A DNA stretch of 61,656 nucleotides from a bacterium (GCA_043806975.1 JAZDGL010000069.1:1-61656); one strand, 5' to 3'. Shown: positions 1 to 9,574, counted from the stretch's first letter. Numbers and translations are program-made. The notes: generated by a model from the sequence alone, not told the origin.

Positions 1-1
1 T

Positions 2-1780
2 TTTGCGCCGCTTTCTGTTGTAATAAACGAAATAGCATGGGCGGGGACAAATGCGAATTCTGACGACGAATGGATTGAGCTTTACAATCCAACCAGCCAA
101 GATATTGATTTGAGCGGATGGATTTTGAGCGATGAAAAAAGCCAAAGCGGGGCGAATCAAGGGAAAAGCCAACTAGAATTGGAATTTTCCGAAGCCGAAT
201 TATACGGCGGGAATAAAATGATTAAAGCCGGAGGGTATTATCTGATTGAAAGGACAAGCGATAATACGATTTTAGACATAACAGCAGATTTTGTTTCATC
301 ATTTTCTGGTGGGCTGAATAATTCAGGAGAAAAACTTACTTTAACAGATCCCGCTGGGAATGTAATTGACGAAGTGGATTGCCTCACTCCTAAAAAATGG
401 TTTGCAGGAGAAAATAAAAATAAAAATGGCGATAACGGAGAAAGCCAAAAAATTTCTATGGAGAGAAAAAGCCCAGCGCATTCTGGCAGTGAATCTGATA
501 ATTGGGGGACGAATCAGCCAAGCGGCAGAATTGGCAAGGATTCTAGTGGAAAAAGCATTTTGGGAACTCCAAAAATGAAAAACAGCGTCTCTATCTCGGC
601 GGATGAATTTCAGCTTTTTACCATTTCGGGATATACTTTCAATAGATATATTTGGGGGAGATTGGAATCAGTCGTTCATAACGGAAAAATTTATACTGCG
701 TGGATTGAGGTTGAACAAAAATATCCAAACCAATTTTTTTATCTTAGTTTGGGATCCTGTAATTTGGACGGCAGCGGTTTTAAGCGGGTAATTCTTCCCA
801 CCGCTAATTTACTGAGCAAGGCGAATATTGAATTTTTAATTTATGGAAATTCCGCTTTTTTCAGCTGGGTAGAATGGGCTGGAATTGATTATCCATTCGG
901 ATATAAACAATTTTTTGCGAAGGCGGATCTTTCTATTTTAGACGAGGGGAATTCCGAAAATGAAGCGCTGTATCAAGAAATTCAAGTAGTTGACCCGCAA
1001 AATCCTGAAATGGAAATTTTTGGCAACAGCGTTTTGAATTTAGATATTTATAATAGTAAAATAATTCTTTCAGGCATTAAGGATGACGGTAAAATTTTTA
1101 GAGCCGAAGCGGATCCCGCAACACTTTCTTTACAAAATTTCACAGAGTTTGAAGCGCGGTTAACGAGCGCGTTTGTGGATTCTGCAATTATCGGCGACAA
1201 GCAGTATTTTTCTTGGGGCAGGAATACTGCCGACAATCAGCATTGGAGAAGCCTTCGCTGGGGAATTTTGGATTTAACCGCGCAATCTTGGCAGGATCCC
1301 GGAGCTTGGCAGGATTTTGTTTTAGAAGATGAAGTAATCGGGGATTCTAAAATAGCTGTGGTAGAAAATTCTCCGTATATATTTTGGGGCAATGAAAAAA
1401 ATAGTATGGGTGTTTCTATTGAGATGAATCGTGATATAAAATTTATGCCGATCGGAGCGAATCAAAATCCGCGGCTTTTAATCAGCGATTTTGAAGGAAA
1501 ACAGATAGTGGATGTCCATTCTTTCAATGGAGATGCTTATGTTTTGGTTCAGGAGGTTGATGTTGTGGAAACCGTGCATGAAAGCCATCTTAGATATGTA
1601 AAGCTGGTTTTGATGAAACTTGGCAGCAGCAATCGTCTTGATGAAAAGTTTACATATTTTGCGGACGGCACAGTTTATGGCTCTGCTATGGTCATTTCTC
1701 CCGCTGGACAGCCGATTTTTTTGTGGATTGAAGGTTATGGTTCGGGGAAAGACTTGCATTTTATGCGAATTAGTGATTAA
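2..1780 (+). CDS. lamin-tail-domain (LTD) protein, 5' end cut by window edge
   Basis: The frame of the 110..1780 ORF stays open back to nt 2. Upstream residues read INEIAWAGTNANSDDEWIELYNPTSQDIDLSGWIL, the LTD signature. The remaining ~480 aa have no motif I recognise. Confidence 0.7.
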   Translation, partial: FAPLSVVINEIAWAGTNANSDDEWIELYNPTSQDIDLSGWILSDEKSQSGANQGKSQLELEFSEAELYGGNKMIKAGGYYLIERTSDNTILDITADFVSSFSGGLNNSGEKLTLTDPAGNVIDEVDCLTPKKWFAGENKNKNGDNGESQKISMERKSPAHSGSESDNWGTNQPSGRIGKDSSGKSILGTPKMKNSVSISADEFQLFTISGYTFNRYIWGRLESVVHNGKIYTAWIEVEQKYPNQFFYLSLGSCNLDGSGFKRVILPTANLLSKANIEFLIYGNSAFFSWVEWAGIDYPFGYKQFFAKADLSILDEGNSENEALYQEIQVVDPQNPEMEIFGNSVLNLDIYNSKIILSGIKDDGKIFRAEADPATLSLQNFTEFEARLTSAFVDSAIIGDKQYFSWGRNTADNQHWRSLRWGILDLTAQSWQDPGAWQDFVLEDEVIGDSKIAVVENSPYIFWGNEKNSMGVSIEMNRDIKFMPIGANQNPRLLISDFEGKQIVDVHSFNGDAYVLVQEVDVVETVHESHLRYVKLVLMKLGSSNRLDEKFTYFADGTVYGSAMVISPAGQPIFLWIEGYGSGKDLHFMRISD

Positions 1781-1863
1781 AATAGAAGGAAGATAGCCTT
1801 TGTAAAACAAATTCTGAACTCTTTTTTAGAAGCGCGCATTTGCATCTGTCCGCTATAGCCTTT

Positions 1864-1934
1864 GGGCCTATGGTTCAGTGGTAAGACGCCACATTCGCAT
1901 TGTGGAGACGGGAGTTCGATTCTCCCTAGGTCCA
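1864..1934 (+). tRNA. tRNA-Ala (anticodon CGC)
   Basis: Hand-folded cloverleaf. Acceptor GGGCCTA/TAGGTCC carries the G3:U70 Ala identity pair. Anticodon stem is CCACA/TGTGG with loop TTCGCAT. T arm is GGGAG-TTCGATT-CTCCC. No encoded CCA. Confidence 0.85.
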
Positions 1935-1976
1935 CAGGCAATAGCAGACGGAGTTGTTGATAGCGGTTTTTTAATT

Positions 1977-2066
1977 ATAGCTCCCGCAAAACAAATTCCA
2001 ATATTTTCTCCCCGCGAAAAGGGAGATTGAGAGGGATTCTAAAATAAATTTGTTTTGCGACAGCTA
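1977..2066 (+). repeat. family-1 TIR/hairpin repeat, 1 module
   Basis: Sequence is TATAGCTCCCGCAAAACAAATTCC...TCTCCCcgcgaaaaGGGAGATTGAGAGGG...AAATTTGTTTTGCGACAGCTA. The termini are inverted repeats of each other. Confidence 0.9.
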
Positions 2067-2091
2067 AGGAGACTGCTGAATTACAAATATA

Positions 2092-2898
2092 ATGGAAAAT
2101 AAAAATATGGCGAAACAAATAATAATTACAGCAGAATATTTTCGTCAATATCGTCAAAAGCTGGGATTTCCAAGCCAAGCAGATGTAAAAATTTTTTTTG
2201 GCGCGAAAGATATTGCGCCAACGGTTGACTTAAATTATATTTATTTGCTAAACGGGAGGCTTTACGATGTAATTGATAAAGTAAATTCTGTTGTTGCTGA
2301 TGAAATAAAAATTGATGATGCAGTTGCATTCAAAAAAGAGTGCGTGGATCGAACTCTTGAGATTATGAGAGCTAATGATATTTTGCCGATGCTTAATAAC
2401 CAAGGGCGAAGACCAGAGCAAGTTTATTATTCTTGGATGAGAGGCTATGTTTTATCATGTTATTTTTTAAAAGCGCTTGGTTTGATATTTGAAGTGGATA
2501 TTTCAAATATAGATTTAATAGGAGATGATGGCTTAAAGAATATTGAGACATTTAAAAGAACGCCAAAGGCAGATTTGGAGATTAAATTAAATGGAAAAGA
2601 AAAAATTAGGGTAGAAATACAGTCGGGCTTTACTGGGATAAATGATATTAAACAACATAAAGTTTTAGAAGCGAAAAGAGTTTTTCGTGATTTAGGTTTT
2701 CATACATTGGCAATTCACTTTGATTTATACAATGGTCAAGCTGCTTTTATAAAATTAGATGAGATAGAGGATGATAGTGTGAATTGGATCACAAGACAAC
2801 AAATGGAGGGACAAACAGTTTTTAATATTGATCAAAATTATTTCATTTGGAAGATTACAGAAAGTCCAATAAGATTTAAGGAAATAAATTTTGGTTAG
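2092..2898 (+). CDS. putative type II restriction endonuclease (partner of the adjacent C5-MTase)
   Basis: It ends 12 nt upstream of a Dcm-type methyltransferase on the same strand. PKADLEI...VEIQSG resembles a PD-(D/E)XK core. I cannot assign a family. Confidence 0.45.
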   Translation: MENKNMAKQIIITAEYFRQYRQKLGFPSQADVKIFFGAKDIAPTVDLNYIYLLNGRLYDVIDKVNSVVADEIKIDDAVAFKKECVDRTLEIMRANDILPMLNNQGRRPEQVYYSWMRGYVLSCYFLKALGLIFEVDISNIDLIGDDGLKNIETFKRTPKADLEIKLNGKEKIRVEIQSGFTGINDIKQHKVLEAKRVFRDLGFHTLAIHFDLYNGQAAFIKLDEIEDDSVNWITRQQMEGQTVFNIDQNYFIWKITESPIRFKEINFG

Positions 2899-2910
2899 AA
2901 CTGTTTTTTT

Positions 2911-4038
2911 ATGAATAAAAATAAAAAATTAAAAGTAATAGATTTATTTTCTGGCGTTGGCGGATTAAGTTATGGTTTTGCTTGCGATGATAATTTTGAA
3001 ATAGTAGCGGCGAATGAAATTTTAATGAATATGGCAAAAGCATATTCATTAAATCATCCAACGGTAAAAGTATATGCGGAAGATATAAAAAATTTTAATG
3101 CTGGAAAAGTTGAAAAAGATTTAAATATCAAATCAAGCGAGATTGATATTGTCGTTGGTGGACCGCCTTGCCAGGCATATTCAACTGTTGGGAAAAGGCT
3201 AAACAATGATCCGCGAGGAAAATTATTCCAAGAGTATTATAGAGTATTAAAAGAGTTTAACCCTAGATTATTTCTTTTTGAGAATGTAAAAGGTCTTTTG
3301 TCAATGCAAAACGGTGAATTATTGAAAACTATTATTTCTCTTTTTGAATCGCTTGGATATAAAGTGTGGCACAAGCTTTTGAATGCCGCTGATTATGGCG
3401 CGCCGCAAATGAGAGAAAGAGTTGTAATTATTGGTTCAAAACTAAAAACTGATTTTAAATATCCAGAACCAACGCATTATAATCCTGCGGATGCAGCAGG
3501 GTTGTTCGCTACGAAACTCAAGCCTTATTTAACGCTTGAAGAGGCAATAAGCGATTTGCCATTTATCAAATCAAATGAGGAAAGTTTTGAATATTCTTCC
3601 GAGCCTCAGAATGATTTTCAAAATTTTATGCGTAAAAATGCGCCAGCAAAATTGATGGATCATAACTCCCCAAAGAATAATGGAAATTTGGTAAGAATAA
3701 TGGAATTATTGCCAGATGGCGGGACGCCCGAGGATTTGCCTGAATATTTGCGTCCTATGTCGGGTTTTAAAAATACTTATTGCCGTTTGTGGTGGAAAAG
3801 ACCGGCGATGACGATTACAAGAAATTTAGGCACGCCTTCATCATCCCGTTGTATCCATCCAAAAGCGCCAAGACCGCTTACAACAAGAGAAGGCGCAAGA
3901 ATCCAATGTTTCCCTGATGATTATAAATTTTTTGGTTCTAGGGGGGATAGAAATTTACAAGTGGGGAATGCTGTGCCGACATTTTTGTCAAATGCAATTG
4001 CAAAAGCAATTTTAAAAAATTTTAGAGAAAATAGCTAA
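2911..4038 (+). CDS. dcm: DNA (cytosine-5)-methyltransferase
   Basis: Canonical C5-MTase motifs are present: DLFSGVGG (I), GGPPCQAYS (IV), ENV (VI), QMRERV (VIII), GNAVP (X). Confidence 0.92.
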   Translation: MNKNKKLKVIDLFSGVGGLSYGFACDDNFEIVAANEILMNMAKAYSLNHPTVKVYAEDIKNFNAGKVEKDLNIKSSEIDIVVGGPPCQAYSTVGKRLNNDPRGKLFQEYYRVLKEFNPRLFLFENVKGLLSMQNGELLKTIISLFESLGYKVWHKLLNAADYGAPQMRERVVIIGSKLKTDFKYPEPTHYNPADAAGLFATKLKPYLTLEEAISDLPFIKSNEESFEYSSEPQNDFQNFMRKNAPAKLMDHNSPKNNGNLVRIMELLPDGGTPEDLPEYLRPMSGFKNTYCRLWWKRPAMTITRNLGTPSSSRCIHPKAPRPLTTREGARIQCFPDDYKFFGSRGDRNLQVGNAVPTFLSNAIAKAILKNFRENS

Positions 4039-4149
4039 TAGTTTAGCTTTTCAAACTTTTATCCACAACCTCATTAGCAAAAATTAAAAGTATCTAGTAT
4101 AATTAAAAAGCAGAGTATGGCGGATTATTTTTTGAAGTGATAAAAAACG

Positions 4150-4189
4150 GAATTTGCTTTGCGACAGTTATATTTTGCAAGAAGCTATA
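4150..4189 (+). repeat. two tandem solo 3'-TIR remnants of family 1
   Basis: GAATTTGCTTTGCGACAGTTA is followed by TTTTGCAAGAAGCTATA. The first matches the 3' TIR at 2046-2066 in 18 of 21 positions. Confidence 0.6.
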
Positions 4190-4224
4190 ATTGAGCGTTA
4201 AAATTCAAAAAAGGAGGTGAAAGA

Positions 4225-4734
4225 ATGATTTCAATTAAATTTAATCCAGATTCGGAAAAGCAGGAAATCGTTAAATCAGTCAAAGAATATCAAGAAATTT
4301 GGGATAAGGAAGGGGATAAAATTGTGCAAGCCATTGAAAAAGTCAGCGGTTTTAGTTTTGCCGAAGCGGAAATTGAGGCAGTGGTTTATGAAGGCGCTGG
4401 GCATTCTAACCCTTTCCAACTTAATGCAACCTATTCCAAAGAGGTTAAAAAGGGCAAACTTATGCACGAGCTTTGTCATCGGCTTGTTTCGGATAATAAT
4501 ATTATAGTAAAGATAAACAATTCAAAAGATAAAACATTGGAGATTCACAAGCTTTTGTATCTAATTCTTTACGATGTATGGAGCGAAGCGGGGGATGAGG
4601 AATTTGCCCGCGCGATGGTGGAGATTGAATCTAGGCGAAGCAGCGTTTATGAAAATGCGTGGGTTTGGGCGCTGAATTTAAGCAAAGAAGAAAGGGCAAA
4701 AAAATTCCGTGATGCCGCTCCTAAAAAACTTTAA
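4225..4734 (+). CDS. hypothetical protein with HExxH motif
   Basis: Strong SD (AAGGAGGTG) lies 6 nt upstream of the ATG. MHELCHRL gives an HExxH motif. No other recognisable domain. Confidence 0.55.
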   Translation: MISIKFNPDSEKQEIVKSVKEYQEIWDKEGDKIVQAIEKVSGFSFAEAEIEAVVYEGAGHSNPFQLNATYSKEVKKGKLMHELCHRLVSDNNIIVKINNSKDKTLEIHKLLYLILYDVWSEAGDEEFARAMVEIESRRSSVYENAWVWALNLSKEERAKKFRDAAPKKL

Positions 4735-4820
4735 AGGGGAAAATAAAAATCGGTCAGGTTGTGTTATTAAAGCCATTTCTCCCTGCGTAGTTATAACTTT
4801 GAAAATGATTTTGGAAACTT

Positions 4821-5948
4821 ATGGATCAGGAAATTCAGCCTAAAATTTACAGTGTTGGAGAATTTTTAGACGAAATAAATGTTAAAATTTGCGATAAGGC
4901 GCTTGTTTGCGGAGAAATTTCTAAAATTTCAAATAGTCCGATTGCTTGCTATTTTTCTTTAAAGGATCCAAAAAATGGCGATGTTTTAGATTGTTTGATT
5001 TGGCAAAATGTTTGCAAAAAATTCGGCATAAGTTTAAAAGAAGGGCTTGCGGTTAAGGTTTTAGGATCCCCTGGTATTTATAAGCCGCAGTGCAGGTTTA
5101 ATTTCAAAGTAGATATTTTGGAAATGACGGGAGAGGGAATTTTACAGAAGCAGTATGAGGATTTGAAGAAAAAATTGGAGAAAGAAGGGATTTTTGCGGA
5201 GGACAGAAAAAAAGCGATTATTAAATTTCCGAAGAAAATTGGGCTTATAACTTCTAAATTTGGAGATGCAATTCACGATTTTAATGTTAATTTGGTGAAA
5301 GCAGGGTTAGAAATTGTCTTCAAAGATTCTCGTGTTGAGGGGTTAAAAGCGGTTTTAGAAGTATCTGATGCAATTAGATACTTTAATAATTGCGGGAAAA
5401 ATGAGGCGGGGAAAATAGATGCAATTGCGATTGTAAGAGGCGGAGGAAGCTGGGAAAGTTTGCAGGCGTTTAACAATGAAGCTGTTTGTCGGGCGGTTGC
5501 GGAAAGTCAGATACCTGTTCTTTGCGGAATTGGACACGAAAAAGATGTTCCGCTAGTATGTCTTGTCGCAGATAAATCTGTTTCAACTCCGACTGCGGCG
5601 GCAAAATTTTTAAGCGCAGGGTGGGAATCTGCTAGAAAAGAAACAGAAAATTTTAGAGAAAAAATAATTTCTCGCTTTGAAAGAGATCTAAAAAATAAAA
5701 GATATTCGGCAGATGCTTTTAGAGAAAAAATAATCGGAAGATTTCAAAGCATAATGCAGGACGCGAGGCATAAAGTAAAAATTTTGAGTCAGCGGTTAGC
5801 AGACATAAATCCGCAAAGGCAGCTAGAAAAAGGGTATAGCTTGATTTTTAAAGAAGGAAAGCTGGTAAAATCAGTTAAAAAGTTAAAAAGGGGTGATGAA
5901 GTGGATTTCCAATTAAAAGACGGAAAAGCGCAGGCAGAAATTTTATGA
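4821..5948 (+). CDS. xseA: exodeoxyribonuclease VII large subunit
   Basis: N-terminal OB-fold region YSVGEFLDEIN, GLITS..GDAIHD, RGGGSWESLQAFNNE, GIGHEKD. It has a 4-nt ATGA overlap with xseB. Confidence 0.88.
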   Translation: MDQEIQPKIYSVGEFLDEINVKICDKALVCGEISKISNSPIACYFSLKDPKNGDVLDCLIWQNVCKKFGISLKEGLAVKVLGSPGIYKPQCRFNFKVDILEMTGEGILQKQYEDLKKKLEKEGIFAEDRKKAIIKFPKKIGLITSKFGDAIHDFNVNLVKAGLEIVFKDSRVEGLKAVLEVSDAIRYFNNCGKNEAGKIDAIAIVRGGGSWESLQAFNNEAVCRAVAESQIPVLCGIGHEKDVPLVCLVADKSVSTPTAAAKFLSAGWESARKETENFREKIISRFERDLKNKRYSADAFREKIIGRFQSIMQDARHKVKILSQRLADINPQRQLEKGYSLIFKEGKLVKSVKKLKRGDEVDFQLKDGKAQAEIL

Positions 5949-6145
5949 AAAAAGAAAAAACATTAGGTCAAATTTTAAAAGAATTAGAAGAAATTGTAAG
6001 CTGGTTTGATACTCAGTCTGATATTGATTTGGAAGAAGGCTTGAAAAAAGTTAAAGCAGGGAATGAATTGGTTAAAATAAGCCAAGAAAAATTAAAAGAA
6101 GCAGAAAACGAGTTCAAGGAAATTAGCGGAAAAAGCGAGAAATAA
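5945..6145 (+). CDS. xseB: exodeoxyribonuclease VII small subunit
   Basis: 66-aa helical protein (LKELEEIVSWFD...LEEGLKKVKAGNELV) that is translationally coupled to xseA. Confidence 0.8.
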   Translation: MKKEKTLGQILKELEEIVSWFDTQSDIDLEEGLKKVKAGNELVKISQEKLKEAENEFKEISGKSEK

Positions 6146-6162
6146 AAAATTAAAAATTTCTT

Positions 6163-6885
6163 ATGTATTCTTTGAAATTAGACAATTTTGAGGGACCGTT
6201 CAGCGTTCTTTTAAAGATGCTGGAAGAAAAAAAGCTGAACATAAAAGATATTTCTTTGGTGGCGATAACGGGGCAGTTTGTTCAGTTTGTGGAGGAAAAA
6301 GCGAATATCAGTCCGCTTGATTTGGCTAATTTTTTAATGATAGCTACGCATTTATTGCTTTTAAAATCAAAGGCGATTTTGCCTTCGCTGGAATTTTCCG
6401 AAGAAGAAGCGGAGGACATTGAGTCTCTTAAAGAAAAGCTGGAAAGATATAAAAAACTGGAAGAGCTAATTTCAAGAATAAGGCAATTTTTGAAAAGTCA
6501 AAAACAGATGTTTCCTTCTTGCAGGCATTCTGGCAGAGCAAAGGTGGGATTTTATCCGCCGGAAAATTTATCCGCGAAGGATTTGCTGGAAATTTACAAA
6601 GACACAATAAATTCTTACAATAAATTCGCGCAAAAAGAGGTTCTTCCGAAAGAAAGCATTCAAGAAATAGTTTCGTTGGAAGAAAAAATTCAGGATCTAA
6701 AAAATTTTATTATAAAAAACCGAAAAGAAAAATTTAGTTATTTCATAAAAGATAAAAAACCGATTGAAATTGTTGTTTCTTTTTTGGCGCTATTGGAGCT
6801 GGCAAAACAAGAATCAATATATATTTATCAGGAAACAAATTTTGCAGAAATTGAAATAAAAAGAGTAGGGGGAGAGGGTTTTTAA
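6163..6885 (+). CDS. scpA: segregation and condensation protein A
   Basis: N-terminus LDNFEGPFSVLLKMLEEKKLNIKDISLVAITGQF is the ScpA signature. scpB follows. Confidence 0.85.
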   Translation: MYSLKLDNFEGPFSVLLKMLEEKKLNIKDISLVAITGQFVQFVEEKANISPLDLANFLMIATHLLLLKSKAILPSLEFSEEEAEDIESLKEKLERYKKLEELISRIRQFLKSQKQMFPSCRHSGRAKVGFYPPENLSAKDLLEIYKDTINSYNKFAQKEVLPKESIQEIVSLEEKIQDLKNFIIKNRKEKFSYFIKDKKPIEIVVSFLALLELAKQESIYIYQETNFAEIEIKRVGGEGF

Positions 6886-6888
6886 AAA

Positions 6889-7009
6889 TATAGCTATCGC
6901 AAAACAGATTCCGATATTTTCTCCCTTTGAAAAGGGAGATTGCCGTCCAAGACGGTCTGCCTTGGGCAGGAGAGGGATTTTAGAATAAATTTATTTTGCG
7001 GGAGACATA
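6889..7009 (+). repeat. family-1 TIR/hairpin repeat with extra GCCGTCCAAGACGG/CTGCCTTGGGCAG module
   Basis: 121 nt, about 10 mismatches to the copy at 14546-14666. It occupies essentially the whole scpA-scpB intergenic gap. Confidence 0.9.
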
Positions 7010-7012
7010 ATT

Positions 7013-7507
7013 ATGTATTCTCAAATTGAAACAATTTTGTTTATAGCAGGGAAACCCGTGGCGATTAAAAAGATTGCTGGAATTTTAGTTTGCGAAGAGG
7101 AAAAGGCGCGGGAGGAAATTAAAAATTTGCAGCAGGAGTATAAAAAGCAGAATAAAGGGTTCAGAATTCTTTTTGACAATTGCGAGGCGGAGCTCGTGAG
7201 CAGTCCGGAAAACGAAGAAATTGCTTCCAAATTTTTTAAAAGTGAAATTCAAGAAGATTTATCTAGGGCGGCGCTGGAAACTTTGGCGGTAGTTGCTTAT
7301 AAATGTCCGATTAGCAGGCTGGAAATTGAGGAAATAAGAGGGGTAAATTGTCAATATACTTTAAGGAGCTTATTAATGAGAGGGCTTATCAATAAATTTG
7401 TAAAAACTGGCATAACTTATTATCAAATAACTTTGGAGCTATGCAAGAAGTTTGGGATTGAAAAAGCAGAAGATTTAATAGAAAATGTAAAATGGAGTAT
7501 TTCTTAG
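7013..7507 (+). CDS. scpB: segregation and condensation protein B
   Basis: IETILFIAGKPVAIKKIAGIL and a winged-helix region LETLAVVAYKCPISRLEIEEIRGV. Confidence 0.85.
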   Translation: MYSQIETILFIAGKPVAIKKIAGILVCEEEKAREEIKNLQQEYKKQNKGFRILFDNCEAELVSSPENEEIASKFFKSEIQEDLSRAALETLAVVAYKCPISRLEIEEIRGVNCQYTLRSLLMRGLINKFVKTGITYYQITLELCKKFGIEKAEDLIENVKWSIS

Positions 7508-8493
7508 CGGGGTTAATTTTAGTAGGGGGAATCCTTGGGTTTTGGTCAAGCAGATCTGGGGATAGACAAAATAGCGCAAAACAGTATGTGAGCTTGTTGG
7601 ATTTGCCCGTTGCAGAAGAAAAAATATCGCAAGCGCAGCTAGCAGAGCCTTTGGGCGGGCAGAAACAGGCCTTTATTAGCAAACTGCCGGGGTCTCCTGA
7701 TCCAATAGTCTATTCAATAAGAATTCCAGAAAAAATCGGCGGGCAAGAGGCTCCCGAAGTTTCCGCGCAATCGGTTATAATTCTAGATATGCAGTCCGAG
7801 GCGATTTTATTTGAAAAAAATTGTTATCAAAAGTTTCCGATTGCAAGTTTAAGCAAAATTTTTACAGCTTTGGTCGCGCGCGAACATTTAAGCGAAGAGC
7901 CGATAGAAATTTCTAAAAAAGCGGTTGAGACGGAAGGGAACGCGGGTGGCTTGAAAACAGGAGAAAAATTTAATATGAAAGAGCTTTCTGATTTAATGCT
8001 TATTTCTTCCAGTAATGATGCGGCGGCGCAAATAGCATTTAGCGTTTCTGGCGATTTTAATAATTTCAGTAAGCTGATGGATGAAAAGGCGGAAAACTAC
8101 GGTCTTAAAAACACACATTTTGCAGATCCATCTGGGCTAAACAAGGAAAATGTCTCAACGGCATTTGAATTTGCGCTTTTTGCCAAAAAGACCTTTGAAG
8201 AAACTCCTGTTTGGGATGTGTTAAAAAAACCATTTGCAGAAATTAAATCTGCGGACGGGGTTATCCACAGGTTGGAAAATACGAATGAGTTAATTTCATT
8301 GGAATATGTTTTGGCGGGGAAAACTGGCTATACTAGCGATGCCAAAGGCGCGCTTGCAATTATTGCGAATTCGGGTCAAAATAATAGAAACATCGTGGCA
8401 GTTATTCTAGGCTCATCTGACAGGTTTAAAGATATGGAAAAATTGCTAGAATGGGCGAGAGGAAATTTTAAGTGTGAGGAGCAGGGGTTATGA
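7492..8493 (+). CDS. D-alanyl-D-alanine carboxypeptidase (PBP5/6-type serine peptidase)
   Basis: N-terminal TM segment, SxxK (ASLSKIF), SxN (SSSND) and KTG (GKTGYT) motifs. Confidence 0.8.
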   Translation: MEYFLAGLILVGGILGFWSSRSGDRQNSAKQYVSLLDLPVAEEKISQAQLAEPLGGQKQAFISKLPGSPDPIVYSIRIPEKIGGQEAPEVSAQSVIILDMQSEAILFEKNCYQKFPIASLSKIFTALVAREHLSEEPIEISKKAVETEGNAGGLKTGEKFNMKELSDLMLISSSNDAAAQIAFSVSGDFNNFSKLMDEKAENYGLKNTHFADPSGLNKENVSTAFEFALFAKKTFEETPVWDVLKKPFAEIKSADGVIHRLENTNELISLEYVLAGKTGYTSDAKGALAIIANSGQNNRNIVAVILGSSDRFKDMEKLLEWARGNFKCEEQGL

Positions 8494-8515
8494 CTTTATA
8501 ACTAAACTATTATGT

Positions 8516-9574
8516 ATGCAATCTGATTTAATTTTTAATTCACTCAAAATATTTTCTCTTGCTTTTTTCTCTTTTTTGATGGCAATGCTTTGGACGCCGA
8601 TGTTGTCGCATTATTTGTATAAATATAAAGCATGGAAAAAAACTTCTAAAAAAGGCGACACAATAGGGGACGATGCTCCGCCTGTTTTTGATGAAGATCA
8701 TAAGAAAAAGGAATTTTCCACTCCGAGAATGGGCGGACTTTTAATTTGGATAACGGTTTTAGCCGTGGTTGTAATATTCAGATTTTTACCCATTGCTTTT
8801 AAAAAAGGCTGGATTACAAAATTGAATTTTTTGAGCCGCGGGCAGACTTGGCTTCCGCTCGTGATTTTAATCAGCGCTTCAATTATCGGGCTTATTGACG
8901 ATGTTTTAGTGATTAAAGGCAAGAGAGGGATAAATGTATGGTGGCGCTTAACTGCGGTTATTGCTATTGGGGTTTTAGGCGCGCTGTGGTTTCATTATAA
9001 ATTGGATTGGAATACGATTTATATTCCTGGGTTAGGCGGTGTTTTTATAGGGAAATTATACATTCCTTTATTCGTTCTTGCGATGATCGCTTTGTTCGGA
9101 GGAACTCCAATAGACGGGTTGGACGGTTTGGCGGGAGGAATTTTTGCTGCCTCCTTTGCCTCTTACGCGGGAATTGCTTTTTTTCTTAATCAAATAAATA
9201 TCGCGGCTTTTTGTTTGGTTATTACGGGGGCGCTTTTGGCGTTTTTGTGGTTTAATATCCCGCCCGCCCGATTTTATTTAGGGGAAACAGGAATTTTGGG
9301 CTTGGTTACCACCTTAACTGCGGTTGCTTTTCTTACTGATTCAGTTGTGGCTTTGCCATTTATAGCTTTTTTACCGCTTTTAACAGCCGCTTCGGATATA
9401 ATTCAAATACTCTCTAAAAAATTTAGAAAAAAGAGGGTGTTTCTTGCGGCTCCAATCCATCATCATTTTCAGTTAAAGGGCTGGAGCAAAGAAAAAGTAG
9501 TAATGCGCTTTTGGATTATTAGCTCTGTTATGGCGATTATTGGAATGGCGGTGGCGCTAGTGGGAAGAGTGTAG
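8516..9574 (+). CDS. mraY: phospho-N-acetylmuramoyl-pentapeptide transferase
   Basis: Polytopic membrane protein with DDVLVIKG, GLDGLAGG and PIHHHFQLKGWSKEKVVMRFW. I prefer the ATG at 8516 to the alternative start of the 8474 ORF. Confidence 0.9.
   Translation: MQSDLIFNSLKIFSLAFFSFLMAMLWTPMLSHYLYKYKAWKKTSKKGDTIGDDAPPVFDEDHKKKEFSTPRMGGLLIWITVLAVVVIFRFLPIAFKKGWITKLNFLSRGQTWLPLVILISASIIGLIDDVLVIKGKRGINVWWRLTAVIAIGVLGALWFHYKLDWNTIYIPGLGGVFIGKLYIPLFVLAMIALFGGTPIDGLDGLAGGIFAASFASYAGIAFFLNQINIAAFCLVITGALLAFLWFNIPPARFYLGETGILGLVTTLTAVAFLTDSVVALPFIAFLPLLTAASDIIQILSKKFRKKRVFLAAPIHHHFQLKGWSKEKVVMRFWIISSVMAIIGMAVALVGRV

Noticed and set aside
8474-8515. N-terminal extensions from alternative starts in track ORFs: mraY 8474, hpf 14833, rpoA 44091, mnmA 32239, mreC 55963, the nuclease at 59448, and the PEGA gene at 47981.
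   Set aside because: In each case a downstream ATG aligns with the conserved N-terminus of the family, has a better RBS or promoter, or the extension lies inside a repeat element.
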